Source of the DNA: Candidatus Latescibacterota bacterium
GTDB taxonomy: Bacteria > Latescibacterota > UBA2968 > UBA8231
Reading direction: 5' to 3'
Length of the DNA stretch: 64,000 nt
NCBI GenBank assembly: GCA_965204725.1
Contig: OZ242005.1
Coordinates: 832,001-896,000, forward strand
The translations under genes and the position numbers were made by a program. Numbering within the stretch: position 1 is the stretch's first letter; each line of letters starts with the position of its first letter. Positions 59,102-64,000 of this stretch are shown one piece after another. The notes below the pieces were generated by a model, which had not been told where the DNA came from, ran no database searches, and saw only the letters and a list, made by a program, of their open reading frames with translations.

Positions 59102-60005
59102 GATTCCCCCTTTCGGGCCAGACCAGCGCGGAGTTCTTTATCGCGCCCCACGTCTCGCGGTGCTGCGCCGTGCCCGCGTCTAGAGTGGCACTAGCGGCGC
59201 AGCGAAACCCCACATCCGGGCCTTTGAAGTCCGGGGCGTCCCGCGCTCGGTACGTGGGCCGCACGTGGCTGGCATCCGCCGCGTACGAGCCGCCGCGCAC
59301 GGCCTTGACGACGCCGTCGTCCGGCCCTTGGGGATTGGTGTCGGGGCCAACTGTGTAGTAGTTCGGATGGTACCAGTCGTTGGTCCACTCAAAGACATTG
59401 CCCACCATGTCGTAGGCTCCAAAGGGACTGCCGCCATCCCGCGTTTGGTAGCCATCTCGGTTGGAACCGTCGAAAAAGCCGACCGGGTTGGTGCTGAGGA
59501 TGGCCCCGAAACCGCGCTCAAATGGATCGTCGCTTTGGAAGTAATTGGCGCGAAAGGCGTCGAGCCCGTCGCCCCAAGGATACTTGCGGCCGTCGTCGCA
59601 GCGCGCGGCGCGCTCCCACTCGGCTTCGGTGGGCAACCGCTTGCCAGCCCACTCGCAGAAGGCCGCTGCGTCGTACCACGTCACCAGCGCAATGGGGTGG
59701 TTTTGTCGTGCGGCCGTATTCTGCAAGGGCCACTCCGGGAGCAGCGCACCCGTGTCGCGCTGGTACTCTCCCCATTGCGCTACCGTTACCTCGTATTTGT
59801 CGATTAGGTACGCGTCGAGGTAAATCTCGCGCACGGGCTGCTCGTCAAAGGCCTCGCCTTCCATACCTCGGGGGAAAGACCCGGCCGGCACTAGCACCAT
59901 GGTGGTAGCCCAACCCGTAGGCAGGCTGACGATCCGCTCGACTTTCTCGTGCTGGGCACCGACCGGCAGGGCGATCAGCACACAGAGGGCAATTCGACCA
60001 ATCAT
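59085..60005 (-). CDS. FGE-sulfatase fold secreted protein with TWGAIK tail
   Basis: IDKYEVT, KRLPTEAEWE, DMVGNVFEW, RGGSY, GFRC; GGAG RBS before ATG at 60005. Confidence 0.88.
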   Translation of the reverse strand: MIGRIALCVLIALPVGAQHEKVERIVSLPTGWATTMVLVPAGSFPRGMEGEAFDEQPVREIYLDAYLIDKYEVTVAQWGEYQRDTGALLPEWPLQNTAARQNHPIALVTWYDAAAFCEWAGKRLPTEAEWERAARCDDGRKYPWGDGLDAFRANYFQSDDPFERGFGAILSTNPVGFFDGSNRDGYQTRDGGSPFGAYDMVGNVFEWTNDWYHPNYYTVGPDTNPQGPDDGVVKAVRGGSYAADASHVRPTYRARDAPDFKGPDVGFRCAASATLDAGTAQHRETWGAIKNSALVWPERGNHEEDE

Positions 60006-60145
60006 AAGAGTATTCTCCAAAAAGGACTTGGTTTGGGCTATCAGAACGTTAAGAAAAGCTAAGATATAAATAGAGTAGGAATTCCGCTCCAGCCTGCGGG
60101 CCGCTCATTTGCCTTGTTCCGCGCCTTGGGTATTTTTAGCATTTA

Positions 60146-60290
60146 TATAGCAGTCCTAAATGACTTGCAAGCATGTAGCGATGCTTCGACTTCGCTGCGC
60201 TCAGCATGACACCGAGACGGGGACTGCGTCCCCCAAACCTTGTCATACTGAGCGCAGCGAAGTATCTCATACCCAAAAAGGACTGCTATA
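60146..60290. mobile_element. MITE-like element, 145 bp
   Basis: Perfect 12-bp TIR TATAGCAGTCCT/AGGACTGCTATA; internal inverted pair gtcat.ctgagcgcagcgaagt. Confidence 0.75.
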
Positions 60291-60339
60291 ATAACTACGA
60301 CGTTTTCCTTCTGCGATACGTGCGCGAAAGCAGGCACTC

Positions 60340-62682
60340 ATGAATTTTCGCATGGCCCTCGTCGCTGTCTTGATCTTGGGCGGCAGCCATCGGCTAGCGG
60401 CCGATCAACTGCGCTACGACTCGGTGCGCGACTGGCGGCAATGGAATCTGCCCTTGGGCGCAGTGGAACTGACGGCCGAGGGCGTGATCCAGCCCACCCG
60501 AATTGAGAAGCGGACCGACGCTGTGCGCGACCTAGCGGCCTTCGACGGGGGCATCCGCGACGCCGGATCCAATCGCGCCGCAGCCCGCTTCGCGACCGAC
60601 GGCAACCCGGAGACCGGCTGGGCACCCCGCCCAACGGACGACCCCGAAGACTGGTTTATCGAGATCGACTTGGGCCGCGCGGTCTCGGCTCACAGCGTTA
60701 CTTTGGTCTTTGACGCGGAGGCTCCGCCCTTTGCGCTGTTCGACCTCTTGCTTTCGACCGGCGAGCCGGAGACCGACTTTATCGCCGCACCCATTGAAGG
60801 CTCCCTCGTCTATCGCGTCAAAGAGCGCTTCAAGGAAAACGACCTCCACCGCTTGACCTACCAAATAGCGCACATCGACCAAGAACCGATCCAGTTCATC
60901 CGCTTCGAGCCGCTGCTTTTAGTGCCCGATGCCCGCCTCGTTGAGGTCGAGGTCGAGGCCATCGGCGACAACATCGCCCTCGGCCTTTTGGAGCGCGGCG
61001 GCGGCGTTGACATCAACATCAATCTCGCCAGCAACGATTCCCAGCCCCTCGGCAAAGCAAGAGCGCTCTTTGACGGCGACCTGTACGAGCGCTGGCGTGC
61101 GGGCACGGCGTCTAGAGGCCAAGTTGACATCCTCGCCCATATAGTTCTCGACTTAGGTGCGGTTTACTGGGTCGATCAAACGAGAATCATCGGCGGGGTG
61201 GTGGTGCGCTCCGGCTTTGGCGGCGGCATTACCACTAGACACTATGTCTCGCGCCGGCGGTGGGGCTTTCGCTTCTACGAGCTGATGACCTCAGACGGCT
61301 CGCTGTCGCCCGATGGAACCCGCCTGTGGACCAAGCACTTTTCCGGGGCCTCGCCCGGGGAGCAGACTTCCAAGGGTCTAGTGGATCATCACTTCGACCT
61401 GCTGCCGACGCGCTTCGTGCGCATCTTCTGGAAGTACTGGGACACCAGTTGCTTTTCCTTGCAGCGGCTCGGGGAGGAGGGCGGCATCAACAAAGTCCCC
61501 GGCTGTGGCGCGGGTGGAGAAACCGACGAGATTCAGATTTTCGGCCAAGGGTTTCCGGCCGAAGTCGGCTTCCGCTCGCCCCTGCTCGACTTGGGCGAGG
61601 ACAAGAACTTCAACTCGATAGAATGGGGCGGCGACCAGCCGCCGGGCACCCTGATCGAAATCCGCACCCGCACGGGCAACGAAATTTTGCAGACCTATAC
61701 CTACCACGACAAAAACGGCAAGGAAGTCTCCGAGCGGAAGTTCAACCGGCTCATCCCCAGTTTCAAGGGACCGATCGACACCTCCTTCGCGGCCGGCGGC
61801 GATTGGAGTGCTTGGAGCCGGCTTTATAGCTTCTCCGGCGATGCCTTTCTCTCGCCCTCGCCGCGCCGCTACATGGAGATCGACGTCAAGCTAGTCTCTA
61901 ACCAACCCGACCGGGCCGCTACGCTCGACTTCCTGACCATCCATTCCACTCCGCCGCTGGCCAGCCGGGTGCTGGGCGAAATTTCCCCTCAGCAGGCCCA
62001 GCCGGGCGTGCCGACCGAGTTCACCTATTACTTGCAGCCCGAAAACGCCCGCGGCTTCGACCGCCTCTCCGTTGAGTCGGACACCCCGGTGCAATTTACC
62101 AGCGTCGCGCACAATGGCACCGCGCTCGACGCGCAGATAGACACCACGACGAGCGGTTTCCGAGTCCATCTGCCCAACCGCATCCGCACCGATTCGCTCA
62201 TCGAGCTAAAGTTTGAATCCTCGGTGTTCCGGCAATCGACGCGCTTCGACGTCTTTTTGCAGGACAGCCGACAAGACGAGAGCGTGCGCCAGCGAGTCGA
62301 TCCGGGCGATGCCACCGACTTGGTCGCGAGCAACACCAACGTCGTCAGCTTGCCGGTCTCTCAGGAGCTACTCGCCAACATATCCCTCTCGTCCAAGGCG
62401 ATTACCCCCAACGGCGACGGGATCAACGACGACCTGACACTGGAGATCTCGCTGGTCAATGTGCTCGCGCCGCGCCCCCTGCGGCTCCGCTTGTACGACC
62501 TCGCCGGCCGCCTCGTGGGCGATCGCAGCGAAGACAGCCGCGCCGGCCCGCAAGAAATCGTCTGGGATGGCCGCGACAGCCACGGCGAGCGCGTGGCCCC
62601 GGGCCTGTACGTGCTCGAAGTGCTCGTCGAGGGCGACGCGGGCGATGCGAAAGCGCAAGTACTCGTGGCCGTAGCCTACTAG
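60340..62682 (+). CDS. Large secreted beta-rich protein with discoidin-like domains and FlgD-Ig C-terminal domain
   Basis: Signal peptide; IDLGR and LDLGA discoidin-like motifs; ITPNGDGIND...WDGRD...VAPGLY. Confidence 0.78.
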   Translation: MNFRMALVAVLILGGSHRLAADQLRYDSVRDWRQWNLPLGAVELTAEGVIQPTRIEKRTDAVRDLAAFDGGIRDAGSNRAAARFATDGNPETGWAPRPTDDPEDWFIEIDLGRAVSAHSVTLVFDAEAPPFALFDLLLSTGEPETDFIAAPIEGSLVYRVKERFKENDLHRLTYQIAHIDQEPIQFIRFEPLLLVPDARLVEVEVEAIGDNIALGLLERGGGVDININLASNDSQPLGKARALFDGDLYERWRAGTASRGQVDILAHIVLDLGAVYWVDQTRIIGGVVVRSGFGGGITTRHYVSRRRWGFRFYELMTSDGSLSPDGTRLWTKHFSGASPGEQTSKGLVDHHFDLLPTRFVRIFWKYWDTSCFSLQRLGEEGGINKVPGCGAGGETDEIQIFGQGFPAEVGFRSPLLDLGEDKNFNSIEWGGDQPPGTLIEIRTRTGNEILQTYTYHDKNGKEVSERKFNRLIPSFKGPIDTSFAAGGDWSAWSRLYSFSGDAFLSPSPRRYMEIDVKLVSNQPDRAATLDFLTIHSTPPLASRVLGEISPQQAQPGVPTEFTYYLQPENARGFDRLSVESDTPVQFTSVAHNGTALDAQIDTTTSGFRVHLPNRIRTDSLIELKFESSVFRQSTRFDVFLQDSRQDESVRQRVDPGDATDLVASNTNVVSLPVSQELLANISLSSKAITPNGDGINDDLTLEISLVNVLAPRPLRLRLYDLAGRLVGDRSEDSRAGPQEIVWDGRDSHGERVAPGLYVLEVLVEGDAGDAKAQVLVAVAY

Positions 62683-62897
62683 AAGCGGGCAAAAAATTCT
62701 TGACAGCCAAGCGCATATTTATTTGTTTACCCAACTATTATGAGAAAAAAGTCGCAAAAAATCGCCGCGGAAAGGAGGTCTGAAAAACCAACTGCTGCAC
62801 TCTTGAAAACCTCGTATTTCCGCCCGCTCCAGAAGCCACAGCGGGCCTTTTCTTCTAACTTTTCACCTACAGAATCACTATCGAGGAGGATTTTACA

Positions 62898-63812
62898 ATG
62901 CGCAAAGTCCTAGCGTTGAACCTAGGCGTCTTGCTCGTCGCCGGTGCTGCCTTCGCGCAGGAGCCGGCCGAAGTACCGCTCTTCTTCGCCGTGGGGATCC
63001 CCAGCAACGCCCTGCCCACCATCGACGGCGACAATGCCGACTGGGCTTGGGTCGATCGCAGCTTTGAGGTCACCATCGAAGACATGAACCCGCTGACCGG
63101 CGGTGCCGACGATGCCGACGACCTGTTCATCGACCTGATCATCGGCTGGAGCGATGCCAACAACCGCATTCACGCCATGATTCACGTCCACGACGACTTC
63201 CTAATCGTCGATAAGAACCCCGCCTGCACGTTCCGCGACGACAACTGCGAAGTGCATTTCGATCCCGACAACCAAGGCGGCGGCCCGTACTCGGCGCCCA
63301 ACGACCAAGACTTGCAGCCGGCCTATCAGATGTGCCTGAGCTTCTCCGAGCAGTTCTCGCGCGTCCAAATGTACAACGGCGCGCTGGGCAATTTCGAGCA
63401 GGACGCCCTGAATTTCTGGTGGACCCACACCGACTTCGTAGAAGCCGGTCAAGTCAACACCGGCCAAGAGTACTACTACGAGTTCAGCGCCGAGCTGATG
63501 GACCCGATCTCGATCAGCGGCGGCCCAGACGCCAGCACCGTGTGGACGCTCGCGGCCGAGCAGACCATCGGCATGTCGATCTCGGTTGACGACGCCGACG
63601 AAGGGCTCAACGCCAACGGCAACGATCCGCTCTCTGAGGATTGCTGCGAGAACGGTTTCTTCTGGCAGGCCCAGTACAGCATGGCCGAGCAGTTTATGAA
63701 CAGCGGCGGCATGCCCGATGTCTTCCTGACGCAGATCGCAGAAGGCGCCGATACGTCGGTCGAGGACAACTCTTGGGGCCAAATCAAGGCGCTGGTAGGC
63801 GAAGAGCTCTAA
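62898..63812 (+). CDS. Secreted CBM9/DOMON-like sugar-binding protein with SWGQIK tail
   Basis: GAGGAGG RBS; signal peptide; PTIDGDNADW, DNCEVHFDPD, IGMSISVDDAD. Confidence 0.72.
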   Translation: MRKVLALNLGVLLVAGAAFAQEPAEVPLFFAVGIPSNALPTIDGDNADWAWVDRSFEVTIEDMNPLTGGADDADDLFIDLIIGWSDANNRIHAMIHVHDDFLIVDKNPACTFRDDNCEVHFDPDNQGGGPYSAPNDQDLQPAYQMCLSFSEQFSRVQMYNGALGNFEQDALNFWWTHTDFVEAGQVNTGQEYYYEFSAELMDPISISGGPDASTVWTLAAEQTIGMSISVDDADEGLNANGNDPLSEDCCENGFFWQAQYSMAEQFMNSGGMPDVFLTQIAEGADTSVEDNSWGQIKALVGEEL

Positions 63813-63852
63813 ACCGACTTTCGCAGTCTTAGTCTTCGTCTTAAATACGTTC

Positions 63853-63890
63853 ACAAGGGGAGGGGGAAAGGATTCCCCTCCCCTTGTTTT
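63853..63890 (+). terminator. Rho-independent terminator
   Basis: 13-bp stem acaaggggagggg/cccctccccttgt ending in a T-run, about 40 nt after the stop. Confidence 0.85.
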
Positions 63891-64000
63891 GTCTATGGGG
63901 GTGAGAGGCGACACGCGCTATGTGCATAAAGCGATTTAGGCTGTTGATCTGCATTCTGTTGAGTGCTAAGGCGGCCGGTGCTGTCGAGGTGTGGACCGCG

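Noticed and set aside
62700-62740. Sigma70 promoter starting at TTGACA
   Set aside because: No convincing -10 box at 16-18 nt spacing

Overview
High-GC bacterial chromosome segment. The FlgD/T9SS-like and (S/T)WGxIK C-terminal motifs, ASPIC-UnbV/TPR lipoproteins and eroded accessory genes suggest an FCB-group, Latescibacterota-like organism, possibly host-associated (inference only). Layout: (1) 0.1-11 kb: oxidoreductases, a PIN/AbrB TA pair, an m4C methyltransferase with a truncated MvaI/BcnI-type nuclease, and a peptide/oligosaccharide ABC transporter. (2) 11-18.9 kb: CRTAC1/ASPIC-UnbV, TPR, FGE-fold and HAD operon. (3) 18.9-38.6 kb: an integrase-free defence island on a gutted SNF2 helicase-DUF1156-DUF499 scaffold. 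The 3' ends of the core genes recur as direct repeats in front of different cargo modules (Schlafen/AlbA_2 x2, PHP-ATPase, MNT-HEPN, ClpP-like, DUF488 pair, nuclease, AAA), and there is one intact IS5-family element. (4) 38.6-57 kb: a second ASPIC/TPR/PPIase operon ending in a His-motif membrane protein, an animal-like alkyl-DHAP synthase and a DHRS7B-like reductase. This candidate bacterial ether-lipid module is the top finding. (5) 57-64 kb: secreted proteins with C-terminal sorting motifs. A small TATAGCA-ended MITE family occurs three times. Family assignments come from motif recognition and recalled sequences; no database search was run.
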